Source: Fidelibacterota bacterium (GTDB taxonomy: Bacteria > Fidelibacterota > UBA8477 > JABMPR01). Taken from it: a stretch of DNA of 64,000 nucleotides. The position numbers were made by a program, and so were the translations under genes. This document shows, piece after piece, positions 26,453 to 36,349 of this stretch. The number at the start of each line of letters is the position of its first letter. Within the stretch, counting starts at the first letter, position 1. Where the stretch lies: positions 35,692-99,691 of the forward strand of contig JAIPJF010000006.1 of NCBI GenBank assembly GCA_021734325.1, given 5' to 3'. The notes under the pieces were generated by a model that was not told where the DNA came from, searched no databases, and worked only from the letters and a program-made list of their open reading frames with translations.

Positions 26453-27421
26453 TCAGCGCAGCAGGGTTATTTTTCTGCAATACGATTTATCCGGCGAGTC
26501 CAACACAACGAGATACATCCCGGAGGACATGGCAACACCCTGGTCATTGGTTCCTGTCCACACGATTTCGTTGTATCCTTTGTTCATCTCCCGGTCAAGA
26601 AGCGTGGCTACATAGCCACCCTTATTGTCGTAGATTCGGATCGTAAGCCGGTTTTTTGAGCTTACCTGGAAAGGGATCACGGTGTTTGGATTGAAAGGGT
26701 TCGGAAAATTGGGGTGCAAAATCCCCGATTCTGGCTGTGCTTCGTTATAGGTTTTGAGGTCTGTTTGTACCTGGTCTTTAACAGCACGTATGGAATATTT
26801 CATTGATTTATACCAATCGTAGATGGCACTGGCAGCACTATTGAAGGCCAGATATCGCTCCCGTGCCTGATCAGTACTGGTTTCAGTGGATGTCCAAAAC
26901 ACAGCGTATTCATTTAGCAACTGGAACGAGTATGGTTGATAAAAGGCATCATACTCACCCCCAGGTAGTGCGGTAAATCCACTGCTATTGTCTGCTCCAG
27001 TATTGGGGGTGTTCCAATGCGAAGTTCCTGCCTCCTTCATTTTGCCTCCGGCGATTGCAGCACCGCCTAAATAATTCTCCAATTCCTTCCATTCTGCATC
27101 GCTTGGTATGTGCCAGCCATCTGGGCAAAGGCCCTGGGCACCTTCATCTGTAGATCCCCTCATGGCAGCATCCCAGGTATACAGACGGCCATAAACATTG
27201 GCATTTCTATCACTGTTGTTATAGACAGCAACATCTGGAATCAGCGTGCCGTCAGCATAGTGCAGACTTTTTAGGTTTTCTTTTAGCCAGACTTGATTGC
27301 CAATGATCACACTATGGTATTCGTTCCCATCATAATCCTGAATGATATCCTGGGCATGCAGGTTCGTTAGAAGCGTCAAAATGTGTAGGATACTTGTTAA
27401 AGCGATTGTTAACCGAAACAT
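26453..27421 (-). CDS. FISUMP (Fibrobacter succinogenes major paralogous) domain protein with C-terminal FlgD-Ig/T9SS-like domain
   Basis: DYDGNEYHSVIIGNQVWLKENL, YGRLYTW, CPDGWHIPS..EW, GFTALPGG; C-terminal NFPNPFNPNT...SGMYLV. Confidence 0.88.
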   Translation of the reverse strand: MFRLTIALTSILHILTLLTNLHAQDIIQDYDGNEYHSVIIGNQVWLKENLKSLHYADGTLIPDVAVYNNSDRNANVYGRLYTWDAAMRGSTDEGAQGLCPDGWHIPSDAEWKELENYLGGAAIAGGKMKEAGTSHWNTPNTGADNSSGFTALPGGEYDAFYQPYSFQLLNEYAVFWTSTETSTDQARERYLAFNSAASAIYDWYKSMKYSIRAVKDQVQTDLKTYNEAQPESGILHPNFPNPFNPNTVIPFQVSSKNRLTIRIYDNKGGYVATLLDREMNKGYNEIVWTGTNDQGVAMSSGMYLVVLDSPDKSYCRKITLLR

Positions 27422-27562
27422 GTAGGTAAACCCCCTTTTTCAAACAAAATGATTCTATGCCCGTTTGATGGGCACCTGCTTTCGCTGAAGGGACAATTGA
27501 TGATACAAGAGGTAGTATAGGGGGGCGGGTGGAATCTGCAGCTGATTCATTACACGATTAAT

Positions 27563-27592
27563 AAAAAAAGGGGTCCCGGTATAAGACCCCTC
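27563..27592 (-). terminator. Intrinsic terminator after the 3D-domain gene
   Basis: Minus strand GAGGGGTC-loop-GACCCC followed by a 7-T run. Confidence 0.7.
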
Positions 27593-27617
27593 AACAATAA
27601 TTTGAATGCGAGTGTTA

Positions 27618-28163
27618 CTAATTTAGCTCTTCGAAGCCCTCATCTGAATTGTCGATCACACTGGCAAATTCAATTTCCTCACCTTCATGATAGAGGATCC
27701 CGGAGCGACGGCCAAATTGGCGAGCCTGGTCATAATTCATCATGTAGACATCTCCACGGCCCCGCCAGCGCTTGTTCATGGTGTCCTCGACCTGCATGGG
27801 AACAACCACCCATACCTTGTCACCGTATTGAATATCACCTCCATGCCCATAGCGTGTGATCAGCTCCCGGCTTAATGCAAGCACGCCAGGAAATATTTCC
27901 TTGTTGCTCGCTGTGATGTTTGGTGTATCATCGGTTTGGCCAACGACGGCATTGTATGCTGTAAAGACCAGGGGATATCCTTCCGTAAAGAGATCCAGAG
28001 CTGCCGCCATCTCTTCAATATAGATAGCGAGGGAATCCTTGATCTGCATTTCATGGTTAAGAATATTTTCAAGTTCAGCTTCTTGTTGTGATTTTTGATA
28101 CATATTAATTGTCAAAAAGACGAGTACCATTGAAGCATATATGATGATGTGTTTATTTTTCAT
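27618..28163 (-). CDS. 3D domain-containing protein (probable peptidoglycan lytic/binding)
   Basis: TAYN...QTDDTPNITAS, LALSREL, VEDTMNKR, DVY; N-terminal TM anchor; GAGGA RBS before ATG 28163. Confidence 0.7.
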   Translation of the reverse strand: MKNKHIIIYASMVLVFLTINMYQKSQQEAELENILNHEMQIKDSLAIYIEEMAAALDLFTEGYPLVFTAYNAVVGQTDDTPNITASNKEIFPGVLALSRELITRYGHGGDIQYGDKVWVVVPMQVEDTMNKRWRGRGDVYMMNYDQARQFGRRSGILYHEGEEIEFASVIDNSDEGFEELN

Positions 28164-28388
28164 GTGTCCTCTAAGCGAAGTGATTTTTGCTGGTTTTATA
28201 AATAAGTTGATTTTTTTCATGGGGTTATTGTATTTGAGCCGCTAGTATAGACGGCTCTGTATGGGTCAACAAGCATTAAATCACCCCATTTTGAGCCTGA
28301 AAATTGACAGGTGATTATTGTCACAAAGGTGCATTTTGTGTTGTTATCAGGGACCTGGCGGGAATTGAGCCCTTAATAAGGAGTCATT

Positions 28389-29405
28389 ATGAAAGCATAT
28401 ATTTTAGATCAGACCGGGGCGGCCAGTGTCCTTAAGATCGCGAAAATAGATCGACCGGTGGTAGGCAATGGTGAGGTCAGGGTCAAAATTCACAGCATTG
28501 GTATTAATTACGCTGAGATACAGAGTCGCAAGGGTCTGTATGGTTGGGCACCCAAACGTCCATATATACCCGGAATGGAGGCCTGTGGGGTTATTGAAGA
28601 ACTTGGAGGGGATATTGAGGGGTTGAAAACGGGAATGACTGTCATCGTTGTCGGCCAATATGGCTGTTACGCTGAGGAAATTGTCGTTCCAGCCGGCCAA
28701 ATATTGCCTGCTTTTGAGAATTTTAGTCCTGCTGAAAATGCTGCTTTTGCAGTCCAGTTCATGACCGCCTGGGTCGCGCTTATGGAAATCTGCCGCCTGC
28801 GACCTTCCGACAGGGTCCTCATTCAGGCAGCTGCTGGTGGTGTGGGAACAGCTGCAGTTCAGATAGCCCATGCATTTGGTTGCGAAGTATTCGGGACAGC
28901 GAGCAATAATGAAAAACTTAATTTGATCAAGTCACTGGGTGCCGATCATGCCATCAATTACAGTCGAGAGGATTTTTCAGGCTATATCAGAGATATTTCT
29001 GCCGGACAGGGTGTTGATGTTGTTCTCGAAGTGGTGGGTGGAGAAGTCTTCAGGAAAAGCCTGTCTCTCCTGAACCCTTTTGGGAGACTGGTGGTAATCG
29101 GTTTTGCCAGTCTGAACCTCAACAAACTGAATCCCCTCTCCTGGTGGAAAACCTGGAAGGACATCCCCAGGGTCAAGATCGATGCCATGGCAACTGCATC
29201 CCAGGTTGTTGGTGCCAGTCATCTCGGATATTTGCTCAGAGATACAGAGCGAATGATCCGCATTTGGGAGGACCTGAGAGCGTTCACCCTCAAACACGAA
29301 ATAAGATCTGTTATCGGACATGAATTTCCCTTCGAGCAGATGACCGCCGCCCATACACTTATGGAATCCCGGCAGAGTATGGGGAAGATTGTTGTTCATC
29401 CCTAG
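28389..29405 (+). CDS. NADPH:quinone oxidoreductase / zeta-crystallin family MDR
   Basis: GINYAE, YIPGMEACG, IQAAAGGVGTAAVQ, GVDVVLE.VGG, SMGKIVV. Confidence 0.9.
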   Translation: MKAYILDQTGAASVLKIAKIDRPVVGNGEVRVKIHSIGINYAEIQSRKGLYGWAPKRPYIPGMEACGVIEELGGDIEGLKTGMTVIVVGQYGCYAEEIVVPAGQILPAFENFSPAENAAFAVQFMTAWVALMEICRLRPSDRVLIQAAAGGVGTAAVQIAHAFGCEVFGTASNNEKLNLIKSLGADHAINYSREDFSGYIRDISAGQGVDVVLEVVGGEVFRKSLSLLNPFGRLVVIGFASLNLNKLNPLSWWKTWKDIPRVKIDAMATASQVVGASHLGYLLRDTERMIRIWEDLRAFTLKHEIRSVIGHEFPFEQMTAAHTLMESRQSMGKIVVHP

Positions 29406-29510
29406 TCACAGACTGACAGAAGCCAGTTTGCTGTAAAAAAATGATGTTCACCTCTTTTGTCTTATCCCTGTTTTAAATCCTAGCCAGGTATTATCGGGTT
29501 ATATTCCAGG

Positions 29511-30248
29511 ATGAATTTTTCTCAAATCCTCTTTAAGTCGCCCCTTGATGCCTATAAAACCTGTATTGGGATCATTGGTGGTGGTGGAAAAACCACCCTG
29601 CTTTATAATTTAGGCGATGAACTGGCCGAAACTTATTCTCAAGTCATTTTATCTTCCCTTACCAAATCCGGAATATCCTCCCATCACCCGGCTCACCTTT
29701 ACAAAGAATTTGAGGCTGAAGACAGCAGGGCTGCTTTACTTAAAAACAATCCTGTGTATGTCATGGGGGAATACGAGCACAGTGAAAAATTAATCGGACT
29801 TGAGGAAGCTCAGCTGGAACAGTTATATGAGGCATCTGATCTTACCATTTTTGAATGCGATGGTGCCCGAAAACGTCCAATTAAAGCACATCAACCTTAT
29901 GACCCGGAAATCCCTCATTTTGCTACCCATACCATCGTTGTTGTGGGGGCTGACGCCGTAGGGGCAAAAATAGATGGTAAACTGGTCCACAGACCTGAAT
30001 TATTCCGTGAACTCTGGGATGTAAATGCTAATTTCGTGTTGACACCCCCGTTTATTGCTAAGGTTCTCACCTCTCAATATGGGTATATGAAAAAGGTGCC
30101 ACACAGCTCTAAAATCTCTTATTTCGTGAATAAGGCCGACACCTTTCCTCGAGAGTCCTTTAAATTAGCCCAGGCAATTGCCCGCCATAGCAATGCACCT
30201 GTTTTCTATGGGAGTCTTGAGAAACGTCAATTGGAGAAATTCAGCTGA
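29511..30248 (+). CDS. yqeC: Selenium cofactor biosynthesis protein YqeC
   Basis: IIGGGGKTTL P-loop and ECDGARKRPIKA...PEIP motif. Confidence 0.85.
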   Translation: MNFSQILFKSPLDAYKTCIGIIGGGGKTTLLYNLGDELAETYSQVILSSLTKSGISSHHPAHLYKEFEAEDSRAALLKNNPVYVMGEYEHSEKLIGLEEAQLEQLYEASDLTIFECDGARKRPIKAHQPYDPEIPHFATHTIVVVGADAVGAKIDGKLVHRPELFRELWDVNANFVLTPPFIAKVLTSQYGYMKKVPHSSKISYFVNKADTFPRESFKLAQAIARHSNAPVFYGSLEKRQLEKFS

Positions 30249-30832
30249 TGCTGGAAGTTGCCATAATCATTACTGCTGCTGGTCTGTCAACAAGATTTCC
30301 TCCCAACAAACTTTTGCAGGACGTTTCAGGAAAGACCTGCATAGAGCACACTCTGGACACCTTTGCAGATTTTCATCTTGATACATATGTGGTACTTGGA
30401 CATGAGGGTGATCTGGTCCAAAAAAAGATACTTGAAGGCAATGGACGGGATGTTTCCTTTGTCTATAATTCGGATTACAGATCGGGTCTCTCAAGCTCCG
30501 TTATCGCCGGCATCCGGCAGGCTGGAAATGCATACGACTATTGGTGCTTTTGTCCGGGTGACAAACCATTCATCAAGACTGAAACAGTGTTAAAATTACT
30601 TAACCGACTCGAGAAAAAAACGCCGCTGATCCTGGCACCCTATTACAGCAAGCAGATTGGACACCCCATTTTCTTTTCCAGGGAACTGGGACCGAGTTTC
30701 CTAACCATCAACGGGGATGTCGGCGGAAGACAACTGATTGAGAATTACCAAAACAGAACCATGAAACTGAATGTGTCCGATCATGGAGTGGTCCTGGATA
30801 TGGATCGTTATCTGGATTCGGAACATGTTTGA
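30248..30832 (+). CDS. mocA: Molybdenum cofactor cytidylyltransferase-like nucleotidyltransferase (MocA/YgfJ)
   Basis: ITAAGLSTRF..NKLL, YRSGLSSSVIAG, PGDKP, GHPIFF, GDVGGR, LDMD. Confidence 0.8.
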   Translation: MLEVAIIITAAGLSTRFPPNKLLQDVSGKTCIEHTLDTFADFHLDTYVVLGHEGDLVQKKILEGNGRDVSFVYNSDYRSGLSSSVIAGIRQAGNAYDYWCFCPGDKPFIKTETVLKLLNRLEKKTPLILAPYYSKQIGHPIFFSRELGPSFLTINGDVGGRQLIENYQNRTMKLNVSDHGVVLDMDRYLDSEHV

Positions 30833-31622
30833 GAAGCATCTGATCTGGGTCAGAGGTGCTGGTGAACTGGGTAGTGCCATTGTTCACCTGATCTTCCGGC
30901 TTGGTTTTCGCGTTTTCGTTTCGGAGATCATCCCTCCCCTGGCCATTCGCCGACCAGTCACTTTCAGCGATGCCATTCTACTGGGTTCAACGGATGTTGA
31001 GGGTGTGGTCGGAAAGTATGATACCGAGGTCAAACTTCCGGAAAAATATCCCTGGCCGCATGTCCCCATATTCCAGGATATTCCAACATTGCTAAAGGAA
31101 TTGCGACCATCAATTATAATCGATGCTCGTATGAAAAAAATATACGCGGAAGACTTCCGTCCCTGGGCAGGACTGGTCATTGGTTTGGGTCCTGGATTCC
31201 ATACCGAAAAGAATTGTCACCTGGTCATTGAGACCATGCGCGGGCATGATCTGGCCAGAATTATTTCCCACGGTGGACCGAAGAAGGATACGGGAGTGCC
31301 CGGGAATGTGGGTGGAGAAACGTCGAAACGCATCATCAGAGCTCCCAGGGCCGGTCGAATTAACTGGCGTGTGGATTTTGGTGATCTCGTGACAGCGCAT
31401 GAGATCCTTGGTAATATGGATGATGGTGCACCGCTCTATTCACCTCTTCAGGGCATGGTTCGTGGTTTGATTTCTCCAGAAACCCCTGTGATCAAGAACA
31501 TGAAAATCGGTGATATAGATCCAAGAGGAGCGGAGGTTAAATACCTTCAGATCTCTGACAAGGCAAGGTCCATTGCAGCCGGTGTTCTGGAAGCGATTCT
31601 TTTGCATTCAAAGGATAGATAA
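30825..31622 (+). CDS. yqeB: Selenium-dependent molybdenum hydroxylase system protein YqeB
   Basis: VRGAGELGSAI, PLAIRRPVTF, IIDARMKK, IGLGPGF, IETMRGHDL, TGVPG..GG, IGDIDPR, SDKARSIAAGVLEAI. Confidence 0.92.
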   Translation: MFEKHLIWVRGAGELGSAIVHLIFRLGFRVFVSEIIPPLAIRRPVTFSDAILLGSTDVEGVVGKYDTEVKLPEKYPWPHVPIFQDIPTLLKELRPSIIIDARMKKIYAEDFRPWAGLVIGLGPGFHTEKNCHLVIETMRGHDLARIISHGGPKKDTGVPGNVGGETSKRIIRAPRAGRINWRVDFGDLVTAHEILGNMDDGAPLYSPLQGMVRGLISPETPVIKNMKIGDIDPRGAEVKYLQISDKARSIAAGVLEAILLHSKDR

Positions 31623-31623
31623 C

Positions 31624-32646
31624 ATGCTCAGCGTCCTGTTGAAACAATGGTCTGAGGTACGCGAAAAACCGGGGGCTGTACTGTGCTCCATCGTAGCGTG
31701 GAAAGGCTCGGTCCCCCGCAAGGATTATCCCCTGATGCTCGTTCTCGAGGATGGAAACATACTGGGGACCATCGGCGGAGGATCCATGGAACTCAAAGTG
31801 ATCCATGCTGCCAGAGAGATGATTGGAACAAGCGCGTCACGCTTGCTGGATTTTGACATGACCGGAGATGATATCGCTGGCGACCTCGGTCTTTGCGGGG
31901 GCACATTGAAGGTCCTGATAGAACCTTTTACCTTATACATTGAAAATTTTATGACTCATTTGGCCAGTCAGAAGTCATCAAACAAGAAGCTCATGGTCAA
32001 ATTATCCATCTTTCAGTATCCGGAGATTAAAGTTGAGCGACAGCTAATCAGTTCGAGAAAGATGATCGGCGATCCTGATCCGGAGCTCGATCAGCGAATC
32101 AAGACCATTTTTGAAAACCAGCAAACAAAATCATTTGAATACAAGGGCGTCCACTATTTGATATGGCAGCCCTTCAGCCTCCCCACCCTCCATATTTTTG
32201 GTGCCGGTCATGTGGGTCAGGCAGTCGCCAAACTGGCCCATTTCAATGAACTTGAGGTGAAGGTCTATGATGACCGGGATGCGCTCCTCACACCTGAGCG
32301 ATTCCCTTATGCCCAAAGAATATCTATTCACTTCCCAATATTATGGGAAGACATCCCGACATTGAATAATGCCGATTTTGTCCTGATCGCCAGCCGGGAG
32401 CACAAACATGATCATGAACTTTTACTGGGTCTCCTGGACTCTGATCCAGGATACATCGGTCTGGTCAGCAGTGCCCGAAAATGGGAACTCCTTTCGAAGA
32501 GCCTTCTGTCAAATGGTGTAAATCCAGATGCCGTTTCAAAAGTCCATGCTCCGGTAGGGTTGGATATTGAAGCCCAAACCGTTCCTGAGATCGCCATCAG
32601 TATCCTTTCCGAGATCATTTCAGATTATCGCCGGGAGGATCATTGA
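31624..32646 (+). CDS. xdhC: XdhC family molybdoenzyme maturation chaperone
   Basis: GSVPR, GTIGGGSME, CGG, IFGAGHVG, DDR, YIGLVSSARKW, HAPVGLDIEAQTVPEIAISI. Confidence 0.9.
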   Translation: MLSVLLKQWSEVREKPGAVLCSIVAWKGSVPRKDYPLMLVLEDGNILGTIGGGSMELKVIHAAREMIGTSASRLLDFDMTGDDIAGDLGLCGGTLKVLIEPFTLYIENFMTHLASQKSSNKKLMVKLSIFQYPEIKVERQLISSRKMIGDPDPELDQRIKTIFENQQTKSFEYKGVHYLIWQPFSLPTLHIFGAGHVGQAVAKLAHFNELEVKVYDDRDALLTPERFPYAQRISIHFPILWEDIPTLNNADFVLIASREHKHDHELLLGLLDSDPGYIGLVSSARKWELLSKSLLSNGVNPDAVSKVHAPVGLDIEAQTVPEIAISILSEIISDYRREDH

Positions 32647-33998
32647 ATTCTGTGCTCATAAAGAACGGGACTATCATTCATGCAGATTCGCAATCAATAG
32701 CCGATATTCTCATTCAAGGTGAAACAATCACCAGCATTGGTGAAAACCTTGTACTTCCCTCGTCGACAAGGATCATAGATGCAACTGGAAAATTAATTTT
32801 CCCAGGTATCATCGATCCTCATACACATATGGGAATACCCATCAAATCCGGTTTCTCCGCTGATAATTTTGCCAGCGGAAGCCGATCGGCGCTCCATGGT
32901 GGGGTCACGACGATTTTGGACTTTACAGTCCTTGAGCGGGATCAAACCCTGATGGAAAGTCTGGAGCTGCGGAAAAACCTGGCGCGTGAATCAGTATGCG
33001 ATGTTGGCCTGCATATCAATATCACCCGGTTTGATCCTGATATTCTTAAGGAGATACCTGTCCTTATCAAGGCAGGGTTTTCCAGTTTCAAGGTCTTTAC
33101 GACCTATAAAGAATCCCACATGATGCTCGATTATGAACAGATTGAAGTCATCGCCAGGATTATCGCCGCCCACAACGGTGTTCTCATGGTGCATGCTGAA
33201 GATGATGGCGTCATTTCAGCAGCAATGTCGCCCTATTTAGAAGAACTGGAAACTGCGCCGCGTTTTCACCCGCTTGGCCGTCCTGCAGAAGCAGAAGTAG
33301 TTGCAGTGAGGAGATTGGGTGGCATCTCTGCCAGGAGTGGTTGCACTATGTACATTGTCCACTTGAATACGGCTGCAGGGTTGAAGATTGCCACCCTGTA
33401 CCCAAACCTGAAGCTTGAGACCTGTCCCCACTATCTGCTCCTCAACGATGGGGTCTATGATCAAGAAGATGGTCACATGTATGTAGCCAGTCCACCGCTG
33501 CGGAAAAAAGCAGATCAGGAGGCATTGTGGCAGGGTCTTATTGATGGACATATCGACACCATTGGTTCAGATCATTGCCCCTTTTGCCTTGAGGACAAGG
33601 CGAGGAACATCCCATTCCAGGAAATTCCCAATGGCATGGGCGGAGTAGAAACGCTTTTTCCTGTATTACTCGCAAAATTTCTGGATCAAGGATTAGATCT
33701 TTGCCTTTTAACTCGCCTGACCAGCAAGCAACCCGCTGAAATCTTTGGAATCTCATCTCGCAAGGGCTCAATCAATCCCCAGATGGATGCTGACCTCCTC
33801 ATCGTTGATCCCCATAATGTAAAAACCGATTGGGAGGGGACTCTGCACACCCATCTGGATTGGAATGCCTATTCGGGACTGCCTGCCATTTTCCCTGAAA
33901 TGGTATTTCGTCGAGGCGAGATCGTCGCGTTGCAAGACAAGGGTCTACGTCCTACCTCAGGGGTGATCTTGGGGTCGAGATCAAGAAATCAAGAATAA
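32643..33998 (+). CDS. hydA: Dihydropyrimidinase/hydantoinase family cyclic amidohydrolase
   Basis: IKNGTI, PGIIDPHTH, GGVTTILDF, FKVF, VHAE, IVHL, ETCPHYL, SPPLR, SDHCP, PNG.GGVE; TTG start overlaps the xdhC stop. Confidence 0.85.
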   Translation: MNSVLIKNGTIIHADSQSIADILIQGETITSIGENLVLPSSTRIIDATGKLIFPGIIDPHTHMGIPIKSGFSADNFASGSRSALHGGVTTILDFTVLERDQTLMESLELRKNLARESVCDVGLHINITRFDPDILKEIPVLIKAGFSSFKVFTTYKESHMMLDYEQIEVIARIIAAHNGVLMVHAEDDGVISAAMSPYLEELETAPRFHPLGRPAEAEVVAVRRLGGISARSGCTMYIVHLNTAAGLKIATLYPNLKLETCPHYLLLNDGVYDQEDGHMYVASPPLRKKADQEALWQGLIDGHIDTIGSDHCPFCLEDKARNIPFQEIPNGMGGVETLFPVLLAKFLDQGLDLCLLTRLTSKQPAEIFGISSRKGSINPQMDADLLIVDPHNVKTDWEGTLHTHLDWNAYSGLPAIFPEMVFRRGEIVALQDKGLRPTSGVILGSRSRNQE

Positions 33999-34316
33999 CG
34001 CTGTGCCTATCGCCCCACGGACAATCGAAATATTTGCGATAAAAATGTAAAACCAGTTTAACTCTGGAAACCACAGATAAACCACTGCCATGAGAATGGC
34101 GATAACAATGCCCTGCACACTGTCGGTTTTATGAATCAAGGCGAGTTCTCTCTCATCAGGTAAATACTTTGTTTGAACGGCGATGAGGGCAATAGCGAAG
34201 GGAATGAAGCCGTAAATGACCCCCATGATTCCAAATTGAACACAGGCGTAATAGGTCCAGAACCCACTCAAAAACTGGACTATAAATAAAAGAATATAAT
34301 TCCCGCGAATATTCAT
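33981..34316 (-). CDS. Small hypothetical membrane protein (partner of the XRE regulator)
   Basis: 111 aa, several hydrophobic segments, DERE motif; ATGA-coupled to the XRE gene. Confidence 0.7.
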   Translation of the reverse strand: MNIRGNYILLFIVQFLSGFWTYYACVQFGIMGVIYGFIPFAIALIAVQTKYLPDERELALIHKTDSVQGIVIAILMAVVYLWFPELNWFYIFIANISIVRGAIGTALFLIS

Positions 34317-34522
34317 TCCCCTTCCCTCCTCACAAAAAAGATTTTTTCAACACTGGTTTCAAAATAGGCTGCGATTTTCAATGCAGATAATACCGATGGC
34401 ACAAACTTGCCTTTTTCAATTGAGTGTATGGTCTGACGACTGAGACCAACTTCCTGGGCCAATTGAGCCTGGGTGATATCCCGTCTCGCCCGCCAGACCT
34501 TCAATTCATTAGTTAATTCCAT
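34313..34522 (-). CDS. XRE family helix-turn-helix transcriptional regulator
   Basis: NELKVWRARRDITQAQLAQEVGLSRQTIHSIEKGKFVPS. Confidence 0.92.
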   Translation of the reverse strand: MELTNELKVWRARRDITQAQLAQEVGLSRQTIHSIEKGKFVPSVLSALKIAAYFETSVEKIFFVRREGE

Positions 34523-34546
34523 AGATCCTCTCAATAATTCAACTGA

Positions 34547-34575
34547 AATGTATATTATTGATTACTTTATGTCAA
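34547..34575 (-). promoter_or_regulatory. Sigma70 promoter of the XRE operon
   Basis: TTGACA-17 nt-TACATT on the minus strand. Confidence 0.65.
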
Positions 34576-34685
34576 GTATTATTTACATAATTATAAAAAT
34601 AATAGCTTTTGTAAACATTATGATGCCACTAAATAGCGCTAAAAGACGTTCCATTCCACCCCATATTTGATTAGCCTGAGCGCCA

Positions 34686-35855
34686 ATGGAACATATTAAA
34701 AAAGATCGAATGTTTATCTTTCTGGCCGTCATGTCCATTGTCAGCACAATGGGTTTCCAGGTATGGCGCACCCTCTTCAATAATTTTGCTGTGGAAGTGG
34801 TTGGTCTTGGCGGAAATCATATTGGGGTCATTCAGTCTGTGAGGGAAATCCCTGGTTTTCTGGCATTGCTGGTGGTCTATGTCATCCTATTTATGAAAGA
34901 ACATCGCCTGTCGGCCTTGTCCATAGTCATTTTGGGGCTGGGAATAAGTCTGACGGGTGTATTCCCTTCATTTACAGGCCTGATATTTACAACCCTCTTG
35001 ATGAGTTTTGGTTTTCACTATTTTGAAACAACCAACCAATCATTGACGCTTCAATATTTTAAAAAAACAACATCACCCTGGGTAATGGGGAAATTGAGAT
35101 CCTATTCATCAGCCTCTGCCATTGTCATTGGTTTTGTGCTGCTGGGGGCCAGCTCAGTACTTAGTTATGAATTGATGTTTGGCATTCTTGGTGGTTTGAT
35201 CATCGCTGCCGGTATCTGGGGCATGCTCCAGAATCCAACACGCCAGGATCTGGTGCCTCAGCAGAAAAAAATGATCTTCAAAAAACGCTACGGACTGTAC
35301 TATTTCCTTACCTTTATGGCTGGTGCTCGTCGACAGGTCTTCGTTGCCTTTGCAGTGTTTCTCCTGGTTGAAAAATTTCATTTCAGCGTCAAAGAGATCA
35401 CCCTGCTATTCATGTTGAATAATGCCGTGAATTATTTTCTTAGCCCCCTTATCGGAAAGGCGATCATTCGCTTTGGAGAACAAAAAGTCCTCTCCCTGGA
35501 ATATTTCAGTCTGATATTCATATTCCTGGCCTATGCTTCTGTCGAATCCAAGGCATTGATGGCTGCACTGTATATCTTCGATCATATTTTCTTTAATTTT
35601 TCAATTGGAATACGTACCTTTTTCCAAAAGGTCGGTGACGCTGACCACATGGCACCGACCATGGCCATGGGGTTTACCATAAATCACATAGCCGCAGTGG
35701 TCATTCCCGTTCTCGGTGGTTTGGCCTGGGTCGTGGATTATCGGATTCCCTTTTTCGCTGGTGCTTTCATGAGTGTTATTTCATTGATTGCCGTCCAATT
35801 CATAAACACCAGCATCCGCAAGGCAGACATACGACATCAGACGGCAAACCCTTAG
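34686..35855 (+). CDS. MFS transporter
   Basis: About 12 hydrophobic segments; QSVREIPGFL, FHYFET, GARRQVF motifs. Confidence 0.85.
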   Translation: MEHIKKDRMFIFLAVMSIVSTMGFQVWRTLFNNFAVEVVGLGGNHIGVIQSVREIPGFLALLVVYVILFMKEHRLSALSIVILGLGISLTGVFPSFTGLIFTTLLMSFGFHYFETTNQSLTLQYFKKTTSPWVMGKLRSYSSASAIVIGFVLLGASSVLSYELMFGILGGLIIAAGIWGMLQNPTRQDLVPQQKKMIFKKRYGLYYFLTFMAGARRQVFVAFAVFLLVEKFHFSVKEITLLFMLNNAVNYFLSPLIGKAIIRFGEQKVLSLEYFSLIFIFLAYASVESKALMAALYIFDHIFFNFSIGIRTFFQKVGDADHMAPTMAMGFTINHIAAVVIPVLGGLAWVVDYRIPFFAGAFMSVISLIAVQFINTSIRKADIRHQTANP

Positions 35856-36271
35856 CTTAAGAACCGATCCTCTAGTTCTTGAGTGGGGATCATGCATTTT
35901 TCTCTGCTTCCAAACCAATGATATCGGTTTCTTGCGATCCAGTCATACAGCCAATCGCGAAGCGATTTCGGTAAAACCCGAAACACATATAGATAGCGAA
36001 TAAATCCGCTGAGGGACCTGCAGATCTGCAGAACCGCATCACTTTTTGTCAGTATCTGTGACCCAGTGACCAGGACAATCGAATCAAGCCCTGAAACATC
36101 TGACGGGAACTGGCTAAGTATAGCTTGCGCTGCAGGTGACTGGAAATTGGCAAACTGGTAAATAGAGGACGGATCTCTCTTGATAATGGTCTGGACACTG
36201 GCAGTGCACAGATTGCAGATCCCATCAAAGATGATAAGGGGATGTTTTTCGATAGTGTTAAGATTAGACAT
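35852..36271 (-). CDS. DCC1-like thiol-disulfide oxidoreductase (DUF393/YuxK)
   Basis: IFDGICNLC (DxxCxxC), F...QS, KSDAVL, RDW.YDWIARNRY.WFG..E.C; start could be 36271 or 36301. Confidence 0.9.
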   Translation of the reverse strand: MSNLNTIEKHPLIIFDGICNLCTASVQTIIKRDPSSIYQFANFQSPAAQAILSQFPSDVSGLDSIVLVTGSQILTKSDAVLQICRSLSGFIRYLYVFRVLPKSLRDWLYDWIARNRYHWFGSREKCMIPTQELEDRFLS

Positions 36272-36349
36272 CCGTTCATTGTAATTCAAATTTTCAATCA
36301 TTGTCAATAGCAGTTTCTGTTTTAGCTTACTCAAAAGAAGGAGAATCCA

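Noticed and set aside
27455-27520. Hairpins upstream of the FISUMP gene (GCGAAAGC tetraloop, TGCCC/GGGCA stem) as a riboswitch
   Set aside because: I could not match the conserved cores of c-di-GMP, SAM, TPP, fluoride or other known classes; an Rfam/Infernal scan would be needed.
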